A stretch of DNA of 64,000 bases from Acidobacteriota bacterium (GCA_965209055.1 OZ242374.1:1312001-1376000), one strand, 5' to 3'; shown: positions 9,638 to 23,856, counted from the stretch's first letter. A program made the numbers and translations. Notes: generated by a model not told the origin, from the sequence alone.

Positions 9638-11896
9638 ATGAAAACCCTGTCCGGCCTGTTAGTGCTTTCTTGCGCGGTGGCATCGGGACAACCTCTCCAT
9701 TGCGACTTCACCGGCTACCGTCCCCTGGAGGGGCTGAAGGCCGAGAGCGTCGACGGAGACGTGGTCTTTGAATGGACAGGCTCCGCAGCGCCGGCGCCGG
9801 CCGGCGCCGGAACCTCAGCCGGGCGGCTCCGGGCAAGTTTCGGCCTGGCGGGCGCCCAGCCGGTCATACGGCAAATGGCCGCACTTTCCGGGGAGGGGCA
9901 CTGGGTGCCGCTCGTGCAGGACGCCCGTCCACAGTTTCATGTAGCGGAGGGAATGCGGCGCATTTCCCACCAGCAGTTGCGGCCCATGCAGGCCCTGGGC
10001 CGGGAGGCCACGCCTGAAGTCGTGGAGCAGGAGAAATGGAAGGTCTTCTGGGACGCCCCGCTGAACGTGCCGGGCCGCGAAGGCGTGAACCCCGGGCTCC
10101 CCAGGGATCCCTCGGAGGTGACGCGCAGCGAGGCCCGATACAACGTCAAAGCGTGCCGGGTGCGCCGGGACGGGGTGCGGCTCCAGGTTTCGTTTGACGG
10201 CTTGACGTTGGGCTCGTTCCAGGGGAGCCTTCGATTCACCGTTTACAAAGGGTCCAACCTGGTTCGCCAGGAGGCCGTGGCGGCGACGGCCAGGCCATCG
10301 GTCGCGTACGTCTACCGCGCCGGGCTGGGCGGTCTGAAGAGCGATGACTACCGGCGTCTGCGCTGGAGGGACATCGCCCGGGACTGGCAGCACTATCGCT
10401 TCGGCGGTGGTGTCAACGAGGGCCCCGTTCCGCTTCGCGCGCGCAACCGGGTCCTCCTGCTCGAGCAGGAGCGCGGTACGCTGGCGATCTTCCCCCCCTC
10501 TCACAAGTTCTTCTTCGCGCGTGAGATCGAGATGAATCTCGGTTACGTCTGGTACCGGCAGTCAGAGAAGGGGCGCTTCGACGCCGGCGTGCGCCAGGCC
10601 GAGCGGGAAGAGATGTTCCGCCCGTGGGGCGCTTCCCAGGAAATCTGGGAAAAGCGGGTCCGTCAATCGCGCGCCTTCGCGGAAGGCAACTTCGCTCTCT
10701 ACAACGCTCCGCCGGGAACGCTGCAGCGGATGGCCGTCTACTACTACCTGGGACCGCGGGACGCGGAGTCCACCCTGAAAGAAGTGCTGGCCTACACCCA
10801 CGGCGACAAGTACAAGCCGCTGGAGGGCCACCAGGTGGCGGTCAGCCATTTCCATACGCACTTCGCCGAACAGCTGGTCGACCTGGGGTCCCTTGACGCG
10901 AGGCCTCCGTGGGTTTCGGCATTCAAGGGCCTGGGGATCAACATCGCCATGATGTCCGATTTTCATGGCGACGGGCATCCGGCGGACGAAGGTGAAGTCC
11001 GGTTCAGGGAACTGGGCGAGTACTTCGAGGCCTGCCGGCGTCACTCGGACAAGGATTTCCTGCTGCTGCCCGGCGAGGAGCCGAACGTGCATCTGGGCGG
11101 GCACTACACGCTAGTGTTCCCGAGGCCGGTCTACTGGTCCAAGGTGCGCGGGTCCGGCAAGGCGTTCCGGTCAAGCCACCCGGACTACGGGACAGTCTAC
11201 CGCGTGGGCTCGGCGGACGAGATGCTCTCGCTGCTGGAAACGGAGAAGGGCCTGATCTGGCAGGCGCACCCGCGCACCAAGGGTTCGACGTTCTATCCCG
11301 ATTCCGTGCGGGAGGCGCCCCACTTTCTCAGCGACCGCTATCTGGGGGCGGCCTTCCAGACCCTCCCGGCGGACCTGTCGACGCCGAGGATCTGCGAGGA
11401 ACGGTGCTTCGGAACCCTCGACGACATGAACAATTGGGCAGGGCCGAAGTACATGATTGCGGAGGGCGATACTTACACCAAGTATCCCGAGGACGAAATC
11501 TATCCGCACTTGATCGTCAACTATGTGCGGTTGAACGAGTTGCCCGCTTTCGACGAGGACTGGAGCCCCATCACCGGGGCAATGAGGCGGGGAGAGTTCT
11601 TCGTCTCGACGGGGGAGGTCCTGATCCCGTCCCACGAGGTCGAAGGATTCGAGGACCGCAAGACGTTTGTCGCCGAGGTCGAATGGACATTCCCCCTCGA
11701 GTTCGTAGAACTCGTTTGGGGCGATGGCAAAGCGACCGGCCGGCAGGTGCTGGCGACAACCGGCCTCGGTTCGTTCGGCCGCAAGACGTTCCGGATGGAA
11801 TTCGATTCACCGGGCAAGAAGTGGGTGCGGTTTGCCGCCTGGGATTCGGCCGGCAACGGAGCGTTCACCCAGCCGGTCCACCTGTCGGGACGGTGA
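9638..11896 (+). CDS. Secreted protein with C-terminal PHP-like (CehA/McbA-type) metallohydrolase domain
   Basis: Signal peptide; motifs HFHTH, DFH, PGEE, GGH, QAHP, then GEFFVSTG and a C-terminal WVR...AFTQPV beta domain. Confidence 0.6.
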   Translation: MKTLSGLLVLSCAVASGQPLHCDFTGYRPLEGLKAESVDGDVVFEWTGSAAPAPAGAGTSAGRLRASFGLAGAQPVIRQMAALSGEGHWVPLVQDARPQFHVAEGMRRISHQQLRPMQALGREATPEVVEQEKWKVFWDAPLNVPGREGVNPGLPRDPSEVTRSEARYNVKACRVRRDGVRLQVSFDGLTLGSFQGSLRFTVYKGSNLVRQEAVAATARPSVAYVYRAGLGGLKSDDYRRLRWRDIARDWQHYRFGGGVNEGPVPLRARNRVLLLEQERGTLAIFPPSHKFFFAREIEMNLGYVWYRQSEKGRFDAGVRQAEREEMFRPWGASQEIWEKRVRQSRAFAEGNFALYNAPPGTLQRMAVYYYLGPRDAESTLKEVLAYTHGDKYKPLEGHQVAVSHFHTHFAEQLVDLGSLDARPPWVSAFKGLGINIAMMSDFHGDGHPADEGEVRFRELGEYFEACRRHSDKDFLLLPGEEPNVHLGGHYTLVFPRPVYWSKVRGSGKAFRSSHPDYGTVYRVGSADEMLSLLETEKGLIWQAHPRTKGSTFYPDSVREAPHFLSDRYLGAAFQTLPADLSTPRICEERCFGTLDDMNNWAGPKYMIAEGDTYTKYPEDEIYPHLIVNYVRLNELPAFDEDWSPITGAMRRGEFFVSTGEVLIPSHEVEGFEDRKTFVAEVEWTFPLEFVELVWGDGKATGRQVLATTGLGSFGRKTFRMEFDSPGKKWVRFAAWDSAGNGAFTQPVHLSGR

Positions 11897-11954
11897 AGGC
11901 GCAGGGTGCTCTGCGATGGGCTTTCATGTCCGTTGCCGGGGCGCCGGAGGGCCG

Positions 11955-13259
11955 ATGAAGAAAGTCTACCTGGCATTGTCGCTGCTGGTGGTCGCGGCGG
12001 GCGTCGCTTCCCATTTCCGGGACGTGGGCAGACAGTGGTTGGCCACCCTGATGGATCCCCGGGAGAACGAACCCGTACCCCTGATGCGGGTGACTCCCCA
12101 GGACTATCGGGTCCTGGTTCGGGCGGACGGCGAACTCACAGGACTACAGGTCACACCGGTTCACGCCCCCATGGTGAAGACCGGCTCGCTGAAGTTGGCC
12201 TGGCTGGCCGATGAAGGCCAGATCGTCGAGAAAGGGGACACCGTCGTCGCGTTCGACCAGACCGACGCGGTGCTGACCCTGCAGCAGAGCCATAACACCC
12301 TCGACACTCAGAATCACCTCATCGAGAAACAGAAAATGGAGGCGCGGAACCGGGCCGCGACTCTGAAGCGGGACCTTGAGAGCACGGATTTGGAACTGGA
12401 TTACACGCAGGATCAGATTCGAAAGGACGAACGGATCTTCTCTCGATGGGAGATCCGGGAATCGATCATGAGCGCCGCCCTGGCCCGGTACCGAAAGGGA
12501 CATTTGAATCGCAAGGGGGAGGTGGAGCAGGGGCTCTCCGAAGCCGACCTGCGCCTTCTCCAGGTCGACCGGAAGATGGCGGAAACGGAGATGGAGATGG
12601 CCCGGGAGACCCTCTCCTCACTCGAAGCCAAAGCTCCCCTCGGCGGGGTGGTCCTCTACCGGCGGAGCTGGACCGTTCTGGAAGTGGGCTCCGAGGTCTG
12701 GCCCACACAGCCCTTGATGGACATCGCCGACATGGAACGCTTCCGCGCCCGGTTGTTCGTCCCGGAAAACCAGATTCGGGGAGTGCAGACCGGGAAGAAG
12801 GTCCAGGTTCGGCTCGATGCGTTTCCCGGGGAGAGCTTCTCTGGAGAAATCGACAAGGTGGACAAGATCGCCCGCCAAAGGCATCCGCGCGACCCCCGGA
12901 AGTACTTCCTTTGCGAAGCTCGGCTCCATGTCTCACCCGAATCCATGGAGAAGCTGAACCCGGGCATGCGATTCTCCGCCGAGATCGAGCTGGGGGAAAA
13001 AACCGGCGTTATCGTGATTCCCCGGAGCGCGGTCATCAAGAAGGATTCGGAGTTCGTGGTCTTCGTCAGGGAAGGCGGCGAGTACCTGGAGAAAAGAATC
13101 GAGATCGTGGACAGCGACTTCGGCTTCCACGTGGTTCAGGGCGTGGCTGCGGGGACCCGGATCTGCCTGCGCCACCCCTTGGAGGACCAGCGCCTCCACC
13201 TTCCCGACTTCAGCTCTCCCACGGCGAGCACTCAGCGGCGCCGTTACGTCCCCTTTTGA
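11955..13259 (+). CDS. Periplasmic adaptor (MacA/HlyD-like) subunit
   Basis: GGAGG RBS, N-terminal anchor, EGQIVEKGD, coiled coil, LDAFPG, LNPGMRF. Confidence 0.85.
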   Translation: MKKVYLALSLLVVAAGVASHFRDVGRQWLATLMDPRENEPVPLMRVTPQDYRVLVRADGELTGLQVTPVHAPMVKTGSLKLAWLADEGQIVEKGDTVVAFDQTDAVLTLQQSHNTLDTQNHLIEKQKMEARNRAATLKRDLESTDLELDYTQDQIRKDERIFSRWEIRESIMSAALARYRKGHLNRKGEVEQGLSEADLRLLQVDRKMAETEMEMARETLSSLEAKAPLGGVVLYRRSWTVLEVGSEVWPTQPLMDIADMERFRARLFVPENQIRGVQTGKKVQVRLDAFPGESFSGEIDKVDKIARQRHPRDPRKYFLCEARLHVSPESMEKLNPGMRFSAEIELGEKTGVIVIPRSAVIKKDSEFVVFVREGGEYLEKRIEIVDSDFGFHVVQGVAAGTRICLRHPLEDQRLHLPDFSSPTASTQRRRYVPF

Positions 13260-13263
13260 GCGC

Positions 13264-14491
13264 ATGTTCTTCGCCGAGTCGGTCAAGATTGCGCTCTCCA
13301 ACCTGCTGCTGCACAAGCTCCGCACGTCTCTGACCATGCTGGGAATGATCTTCGGAGTGGCCGCCGTCCTGTCGATGCTCTCCATCGGGGCCGGAGCCGG
13401 ACGGGAGGCTCTGTCGCTGATCCAAAAGATGGGGCTGCGAAACGTCCTGATCCGGGCCAGGGCATTCGAGGAAGAGGAACTCCGTATCATCCGGCAGGAC
13501 TCTCCCGGCCTGACGCGCCACGATGTCCAGGCGCTGAGGCAGGTACTTCCGTCCGGGACCCGAATCCATGCCAAGAAGGAACACAAGACCTACCAGATCG
13601 CGTCGGCGCTGGGCCGGGCGGACTCGCGGATCCTGGGAGTCGACGCCGGATACCCTCTCGCCGCCAATCTGGAAGTGGTGGAAGGCTCATTCTTTCTGCC
13701 CACGGACGGACTCAAGCACCACCAGGTCTGCGTCTTGGGAAAGACGGCCCGCCGCAAGCTCTTCGGACTGAATCCGGCACTGGGAGAGCCGGTGAAGATC
13801 GATGCGCTCTGGTTCACCGTGGTGGGAGTGCTGGCCGATCAACTGCTGGAAAAGGACGAGTTCGAAGGCGTCAGGATCGAAAGCGTGAACAACGACATCT
13901 ACGTTCCGCTGGAGACCCTTCTGGCCAAGTACGAACGCAAGCCGGTGGAGAACGAACTGGACGAGATCGTCGTCCAGCTTCCCCAGCACCAGGATCTCTC
14001 CGAGCAGGCCGCCGTGATCTCCGGCATGGTCGCCAGCACCCACCGGAACATCGACGACTTCTCCATCGTGGTTCCGGAGCGCCTGTTGGAACAGAGCCGC
14101 CAGACCCAGCGGATCTTCAACCTGGTCATGGGCGCCATCGCTTCCATTTCCCTGCTGGTGGGAGGAATCGGGATCATGAACATCATGTTGGCCTCGGTCC
14201 TGGAACGGACCAACGAAATCGGCCTGCGCCGGGCGGTGGGCGCCCGCCGCCGGGACATCGGCCGGCAGTTCCTGCTGGAGGCCCTGGCCATCAGCCTCAG
14301 CGGCGCGGCCCTGGGCGTGCTGCTGGGCTCCTCCATCTCCAGCGCGGTCTCCACCTACGCCGGTTGGCCGACGACCATCACCAGCGTGTCCGTCCTGCTG
14401 GCGGTCGGGGTCTCGGCATCCGTGGGGCTCGTCTTCGGGATCTACCCCGCCCGAAAGGCCTCCCGCGTCTCTCCCATCGAAGCCCTTCGCT

Positions 14492-14499
<8 letters not shown>
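13264..14499 (+). CDS. MacB/FtsX-like ABC transporter permease
   Basis: [65 protein letters not shown]. Confidence 0.93.
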
Positions 14500-15328
<829 letters not shown>

Positions 15329-16238
15329 GGTGATTTTCTTCCTCTCCATCAGGTTCAGCGCCTTGGTGGCCAACTCGTCGCCTCCGATAGTGACGGGATT
15401 CGGAGTCATGCACTCGGTGGCGGTGCAGGCGAGGATCGAAGCGCCTCGACTCTGCAGCATGCGGCGCAAGTCACCGTCAGAAATGACCCCCGCGAGCCGG
15501 CCGTCTTCCGCCACGATTCCGGCGATGCCCAGTCCCTTCCGGCTGATCTCGTCGATCACCTCCTTCATGGACGTGGCCGCTGTGGCCTTGGGAATCTCAT
15601 CCCCCCGGTGCATGAGATCGGACACCAGAGTCAACCGGCTGCCCAGCCCCCCGCCCGGATGGAGCCGCGCGAAGTCCCGTGGCCGCAGTCCCTTTCGCTC
15701 CGAGAGAACGACGGCCAACGCGTCCCCCAAGGCCAGGGCGGCGGTCGTGGATGCCGTGGGGGCCAGGCCGAGCGCGCAAGCCTCCCGGTCCACTCCCACG
15801 TTCAGAACCACGTCGGAGTAGTGGGCGAGCGTCGATTCCATCTCTCCCACCAGGCCGATAAGGGGAACGCCGAGCCGCTTGAGGGTGGGAAGCAAACGCA
15901 CCAACTCGTGAGTCTCGCCGCTGTTGGAGACGGCAACGGCCAGATCCCTTTCGGCCAACATGCCCAGGTCGCCATGAATGGCGTCGGCGGGATGGACGAA
16001 CAGGGCGGGCGTCCCGGTGCTGGAGAGGGTCGCGGCGATCTTCCGGGCGATGATGCCCGATTTTCCCATGCCGGTGAGAACCACCCGTCCGGTGCAGGAA
16101 GCCAGCAGCTCGATGGCCCGGTCGAAACGATGGTCGAGACGGGGAATGAGAGCCGCGACCGCCTCGGCCTCCGTCTCCAGGACTCTCCGGGCCGTCTCCC
16201 GGGACCGGCTGGTCCCGGCATTTCGACTCGCCGCGGTC

Positions 16239-17093
16239 TCAGCTTGCACGACCGTCCTCCCCAGGTTTCAACGGCTCGAATCCGGCTTCCCTGGTCAGTG
16301 CGTCGAGCCGGCGAAGTTGCGTCAACATATCTTTGAGCAGATCGATCTGCAATGCGTTGGCGCCATCGCTCAGGGCCCGCTTCGGCTCCGGATGCACCTC
16401 CATGAAGAGCCCGTCGATACCCACGGCCACAGCCGCGCGCGCCAGATAGGGGATGAAACCGCTCTCGCCGGAGCTGGATCCGCCGGCTCCACCGGGCAGT
16501 TGGACGCTGTGGGTGGCGTCGAAGACCACCGGGACGCCCAGTTTTCTCAGCAGCGGGAGCGACCGGAAGTCGACAACCAGGTTGTTGTATCCGAAGCTGG
16601 TTCCCCGTTCGGTGACGAACAGGTCCCGATTGCCCGTGCTTCGGGCCTTCTCGACCGCGTGAACCAGATCTCCGGGCGCCAGAAACTGTCCCTTCTTGAT
16701 GTTGACCGGTCTTCCCGTGGCGGCCGCCGCGACGATGAGATCGGTCTGACGGCAGAGAAAAGCGGGAATCTGCAGGAGGTCAAGAACCTCCGCCGCCGGA
16801 CCCACTTGTCCGGCTTCATGCACGTCGGACGTGACCGCAACACCCAACTCGCGGCGGATCCGCCCCAGGATCTCCAGGCCGCGGTCCAGGCCCGGGCCCC
16901 GAAAGGAGCGAATGGAAGTCCGGTTGGCCTTGTCGTAGGAAGCCTTGAAGATGAAGGGGACGTCCAGAGCGGACGTGATTTCCCGGAGCCGGGCGGCGAC
17001 ACCCAGGGCGTGTTCTTCGCTTTCGATGACGCAGGGACCTGCGATGAGAAAGAAAGGCTGCCGGGCGCCGGGCCGCCATTTGCGGAAGTCCAT
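16239..17093 (-). CDS. kdsA: KDO 8-phosphate synthase
   Basis: [44 protein letters not shown]. Confidence 0.96.
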   Translation of the reverse strand: MDFRKWRPGARQPFFLIAGPCVIESEEHALGVAARLREITSALDVPFIFKASYDKANRTSIRSFRGPGLDRGLEILGRIRRELGVAVTSDVHEAGQVGPAAEVLDLLQIPAFLCRQTDLIVAAAATGRPVNIKKGQFLAPGDLVHAVEKARSTGNRDLFVTERGTSFGYNNLVVDFRSLPLLRKLGVPVVFDATHSVQLPGGAGGSSSGESGFIPYLARAAVAVGIDGLFMEVHPEPKRALSDGANALQIDLLKDMLTQLRRLDALTREAGFEPLKPGEDGRAS

Positions 17094-17218
17094 CCGTCTT
17101 CTCACGGCGATTCCAGATCATACCGCAAAGAGAGAGGGGAAAGGGGCCGCGCTGCGGCGGACTGATCCGGCAGACCTTGCCGGGACCCGGAACCCGGAAC
17201 CGGAAAGGAGGGCTTCGA

Positions 17219-19646
<2,428 letters not shown>

Positions 19647-19688
19647 AGGGAAAGGTATCCCAGCCCGCCGGCCCCTGGCAAGGGGTGT

Positions 19689-19925
19689 CTATTCGGATGG
19701 ATTCGAGTCCGTGTCGATCATGTGGGTCGCCGCTGACAGTTTTCCGCTGGGCCTCTGGCGCAGGACCACCACCAGGCACCGGCCGTCCTCCGGCCATTTC
19801 GCCTCCAGCGTGGGACCGACGGTCCTGTACTTCTGGAGGAACGTCATCAGCTCCTGCTCCGAGAAGTCCAGCTCAAGCGCCTTGACGAACAGAAAATCCT
19901 CTCCCAAAGGCTCGCCGGACTCGTT
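19689..19925 (-). pseudogene. Orphan C-terminal fragment of a paralogue of the adjacent VWA-domain gene
   Basis: SGEPLGEDFLFVKALELDFSEQEL...LVVVLRQRPSGKLSAATH aligns to the VWA protein's C-terminus with about 45 of 66 residues identical (hand count). It has no N-terminal part. Confidence 0.75.
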
Positions 19926-19977
19926 GTGTGTCCGCAATCACCCGGTCTTCGTCTCCAGATTTGTCGCACCGGGGTTT

Positions 19978-20000
19978 GGCGGTTAGGAAACCGCCGCTCC
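19978..20000. repeat. REP-like palindrome (GGAG-GCGGCGGTTTCCTAACCGCC on the minus strand)
   Basis: ggcggtt-agga-aaccgcc hairpin, nearly identical to the repeats at 32748-32831. Confidence 0.7.
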
Positions 20001-20015
20001 GCTCCGTTCCTTTTT

Positions 20016-21740
20016 CTACCGGGCGTCCGCCGGACCGAGCCGGTGGGTCGCGGCGGACAGCATTCCGGTCCGTCTCTGGCGCAGCACCACCACCAGGTTC
20101 CGGGCGTTCTCCGGAATCGCCGTCTCCAGCGAGGGACTGAAGGTCTCGTACTGTCGGAAAGAGACGAGTTCCTGCTCCGAGAAATCCATTTCGAGCGCCT
20201 TGGCGAACAGGAAGTTCTCTCCCAGGGGTTCGCCCGATGCGTCGAAGGGAATGCCGAATATCTCCAGGTCGCAACGTTTTCGGCCGGCATCGTCGGAGAA
20301 GGTCAGCGCCTGCTTCGGAATAAGAGGTCGCACCACCCATTGTCCGCCGTCGCGGCGGACGGCGAGCCGGAACGGAAAGTCCCGGTAGAGGTCGGGAAAC
20401 TTGAAGGCGTTGCTCAAATTGGACTGGGCCGCCTTCTCCGGCGCCACGGTCTCATAACCCCGGCGGTACCGGAGCTTCAGGCCCTTCCGCTTCACCTTGA
20501 CCTCGATCCGGTGAAACTTGCCGTCCTCCAACCTGGCATCGGGAACGTAACCCAGAAGGTAGTAGGACCGGCTGTCCCGATAGGCCGTCCGTATGGGATC
20601 GACGAGTTCGTTTTCGTTGGTGAGAAGGAGGCCTCCCGTGTCGTCGGACAGGGTGGCCAGGAACTCTTGAGTCGACTCCATGTCTCCGATGTCGAAGTAC
20701 GTGCTGTGCTGGAAGGGCGCCAGCATCAGGCCCCGGGGGTCGATGCTGTAGACCGACACCTGGTTGCGATTGGCCTGATCCACGGCGGAGCGGAGGCTCC
20801 TGGCGTAGATGGAGGCCATGTTGCCGATCCTGAGCTTGGACAAACTGGCTGCCCGCGGCCTGTGCAACCCACGATGCAATTGGTCTCTCCTTCGCTGGAT
20901 GATCTCCGACACCCTGTGGTAGGCATTGACGGCATACCCTCTCGAGAAGTAAAGCACCCGCTTTCTCCCCGGAAGGGAACCCAGGTATCGGGAAAGGGCG
21001 GAGATCGCCCGGCAAGACAGATCGAGGCGGGTTCTCAGGTCCGTGAGGTACTGCTGCGCCTCCATTTCCGCGTAGGATACGGGCACCTCCGGGGGAATAT
21101 CCCTTCCGAAGCGATTGAAGATCTCATCCACCCGTTCCGCAAACTCCTCCAGGCTGGCCTCTTCACGGCGATAGGGAACCTGATCCAAGGCGGCGTCCAG
21201 CTTCTCCAGCTCCCGGGTGAACGGTTGGTCCACCTGGAAGGCGGGTCGAATCGTGACCAGCATGGCCAGGTCGCCAGGATCCATTCCCGAGTGCAGAAAC
21301 TCCCGAATGGCTCCCTTGCTCCGCTCCGCCGAGTCCAGGTCCATGGTCTGGAGATCCAACAGAAAAACGACGTAGCCGCCCTGGCCCCGCTTCTGAACGT
21401 CCCGGTCCGTACGGGCCGCGCCGGGAGACGGCTCTCCCGGTTGTCCGGCGGGAATTTCTCCCTGTTCCAGCCTGAACAACTGGATCTTCCGTCGCTTCCC
21501 GTCCTCCCGAACCTCGACTTCATCCTGACGGATGTCGGCGACGAATCGGCCCTTGCCATCCGTGGCCACGAGGTCGACCAGCACCAATTCCGATTCGGCG
21601 CGAAATCTGGGGACCGTGTCCTGCCGCCGCCCGGCTTCAGGCCACGCCAAAGTCCCCGGGAGCAGGAACACCAGGAGCAGATACGCCGCGAATGAGAAGC
21701 CGGCATTCCGCTGAACGCTCCTCACGCCGTGGGCTCTCAA
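20016..21740 (-). CDS. VWA-related Acidobacterial domain protein
   Basis: FRAESELVLVDLVATD..G, VREDGK, LPGRKRVLYFSRG, VSVYSIDPRGL, LSDDTGG, YYLLGY, GKFHRIEVKV..RYRRGY. Confidence 0.88.
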   Translation of the reverse strand: MRAHGVRSVQRNAGFSFAAYLLLVFLLPGTLAWPEAGRRQDTVPRFRAESELVLVDLVATDGKGRFVADIRQDEVEVREDGKRRKIQLFRLEQGEIPAGQPGEPSPGAARTDRDVQKRGQGGYVVFLLDLQTMDLDSAERSKGAIREFLHSGMDPGDLAMLVTIRPAFQVDQPFTRELEKLDAALDQVPYRREEASLEEFAERVDEIFNRFGRDIPPEVPVSYAEMEAQQYLTDLRTRLDLSCRAISALSRYLGSLPGRKRVLYFSRGYAVNAYHRVSEIIQRRRDQLHRGLHRPRAASLSKLRIGNMASIYARSLRSAVDQANRNQVSVYSIDPRGLMLAPFQHSTYFDIGDMESTQEFLATLSDDTGGLLLTNENELVDPIRTAYRDSRSYYLLGYVPDARLEDGKFHRIEVKVKRKGLKLRYRRGYETVAPEKAAQSNLSNAFKFPDLYRDFPFRLAVRRDGGQWVVRPLIPKQALTFSDDAGRKRCDLEIFGIPFDASGEPLGENFLFAKALEMDFSEQELVSFRQYETFSPSLETAIPENARNLVVVLRQRRTGMLSAATHRLGPADAR

Positions 21741-22522
21741 AAGGCCAAATTCCCCTCAAAGACCATGTCCTTGAGTTTGAATTTGCGAGATATTTTCTGG
21801 TCTGAAATTCTGGTGACGAACTCGATCGTCTTGTCGCGCAGTTCGACTTCCCGGGCTCTCTCTCTGGGAAACAGAAGGTACAACGCCACCCACCGCTGTT
21901 GTTTTCCCAACCTGGCGCCGGCGGGCAGCCATCGCGCTCTTTTTTCGGCCTTGAGATACGACTGCGACCTGACGCCGTCCAGGAACCGATCTTTTTCCGC
22001 CGCCTCAACCGGGATCATCCGCGGCGGCAAACCCGACACGCTGATGACAACATGGCTCGAATCCTTCCCCATCCACTCCCCGTCGTCCGTTTTTGACCTC
22101 ACCCGGCTCGATTCCGGGATCCGCGACAATGCCCGCTTCACAGGCATCGCGGTTTCCCAACGGACGGTCACCGGAACAAACGAACCGAAGGCGCCGCCGG
22201 TACTGTCGAACTGCCTGGACACCGTCTGGTCCTGCACATAGACGGACGCCCCGCGGGAGGTGATCCCCACGGACCCGGGTGAGCCTGCGCGGCGGCCTTC
22301 CAGGTCTTTTTCCAACGAGCGATCGTCTGCGGGCCGATAGGACTTCTCGAGCCTGGCTCGTGAGATGTGGAACTGGCGGGCCCAAGGCGACTGGGTCAGG
22401 ATCTTGGAGACCTGTTCCCGGCTCCATTCCTGGTGGGGAACCTTTTCCCAGAACTTCTTGGCGCCAAGTGTCGGCCCAGCCATCATCAGACCGGCCACCA
22501 GACTCAAGATCCAGGACTTCAA
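21737..22522 (-). CDS. Exported hypothetical protein (Acidobacterial type)
   Basis: TTG start with signal peptide, FWEK..EWS..V.KILT.SPWA, VRWETAMPV, C-terminal KFKLKDMVFEG.L. Overlaps the VWA start by 4 nt. Confidence 0.7.
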   Translation of the reverse strand: MKSWILSLVAGLMMAGPTLGAKKFWEKVPHQEWSREQVSKILTQSPWARQFHISRARLEKSYRPADDRSLEKDLEGRRAGSPGSVGITSRGASVYVQDQTVSRQFDSTGGAFGSFVPVTVRWETAMPVKRALSRIPESSRVRSKTDDGEWMGKDSSHVVISVSGLPPRMIPVEAAEKDRFLDGVRSQSYLKAEKRARWLPAGARLGKQQRWVALYLLFPRERAREVELRDKTIEFVTRISDQKISRKFKLKDMVFEGNLAF

Positions 22523-22647
22523 GCTGACCCTCGCGTCTATTGGACGGGCAGACCCGGCGAATCGTTCACCACGGCACCGGAACCTTTCCGCCGGAGCGGG
22601 GCTCCACACGAACCCGCAGGGCCTCCCCGGCGTCCGGGTTGCACCGG

Positions 22648-23748
22648 TCAGGAATTGACCAGTCTCAATTCCCCGGGGGCGCCACCGCCCAGGCGCTGGG
22701 TGTGACGGCGCATTTCCTCGAAGTAACGGACCGCGATCTGGCCGGCGAGAAAGGTCCAGACACCGGCCAAGGAAACGCGCAAGAGGTGCTGCTTCCCCGG
22801 AAACCGCCGCAGCAGCCGGTCGCCCCCCTCCCGCACCAGGGCGCCGGACACCAGCAGCGGCAGCAGTTCCCGGGCCCGGCTCCGATTCAGCGGATAGCCG
22901 AAGGCTCTGGCGACCTTCAGGATCATGGCCGTCTGAATGGCGCTCAGCGGCAACATGTCGCTGACCGGTATGGGTACGGCTCCCACCAGGGCGGCGGAGA
23001 AGGACGCCTGGGTCACGATGGAATTGCAGATGGTGCGGCGGAACCCGGGCAGGCTTCGCGTCAGCGGATAGAGGGCCTTGGGGAGGGCCGAGACGATCGA
23101 TTTCAGAAGCCGTTCGAGTCTCTCCGGCTGGGCCACGGAAACCGGGAACACGGAGGTGCCCAGAACGCCTCTGGCGGACCGGACCATCCGGCTCGGCTGC
23201 CGGACAAGATCCATCTTGCTCAGGACCACCAGCAGCGGCGTCCCGTAACCCTGAAGCCGCTCCAGGAGGCGCCGCGTGGAGAGTGTGGCTTCGAAGCGGC
23301 CGTCCAGAACCAGCAGAATGAAATCCGCCTGCTGCAGGTCCCGGGTCAGGTCCGGCGTCCGGTATCCGACGAACTCTTCCACTCCCTGGATGCCGACGGG
23401 ATGAAAGATGGGCCGCACCGTTTCGTCCTGATCCCGGGTCAGGGCCCGAATCAGCGTCGCCTTCCCCGATTGGGGCATCCCCACGACACTGATCCGCAAC
23501 TCCTCCTCCGACTGGATCTCCCGCCACTGCCCGCGGACCACCTCCAGGACCTTCTGCATGTTGTCCCCCTGGCGCGGGAGGGTGTCCATGACCGTCTTGA
23601 GGCGATACTTGATATCGTCCGGCAGAAGGAAAGCCAGTTGGTCCAGGAGGTCGAGGACCGGTTCGGGAGCCCAGCCCCGGATACTGCGGAAGATGTCGTC
23701 CGGGTTCGGATAGGCTTCAGAAGCGCCCAATGGCGATGACTCGGCCAT
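22648..23748 (-). CDS. Era-like GTPase-fold / DUF697 (YcjF-like) protein with degenerate G motifs
   Basis: GMPQSGKAT (G1-like), VLSKMD (G4-like), VSV; C-terminal GAVPIPVSD...IQ..M DUF697 region. Confidence 0.7.
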   Translation of the reverse strand: MAESSPLGASEAYPNPDDIFRSIRGWAPEPVLDLLDQLAFLLPDDIKYRLKTVMDTLPRQGDNMQKVLEVVRGQWREIQSEEELRISVVGMPQSGKATLIRALTRDQDETVRPIFHPVGIQGVEEFVGYRTPDLTRDLQQADFILLVLDGRFEATLSTRRLLERLQGYGTPLLVVLSKMDLVRQPSRMVRSARGVLGTSVFPVSVAQPERLERLLKSIVSALPKALYPLTRSLPGFRRTICNSIVTQASFSAALVGAVPIPVSDMLPLSAIQTAMILKVARAFGYPLNRSRARELLPLLVSGALVREGGDRLLRRFPGKQHLLRVSLAGVWTFLAGQIAVRYFEEMRRHTQRLGGGAPGELRLVNS

Positions 23749-23856
23749 GAGTCAATTGTATCTCTCGTCTGGAACCGGTTCCAATCTGCGGCGCGGCCGG
23801 CGCGCCGCAGAGGACACTCGCGCGGCCGGCCCCTATTGCGATCAGATGAACGGATT

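Noticed and set aside
19689-20240. Diversity-generating retroelement TR/VR pair
   Set aside because: Differences are not adenine-specific, include an indel and many synonymous changes, and no reverse transcriptase is in the window.
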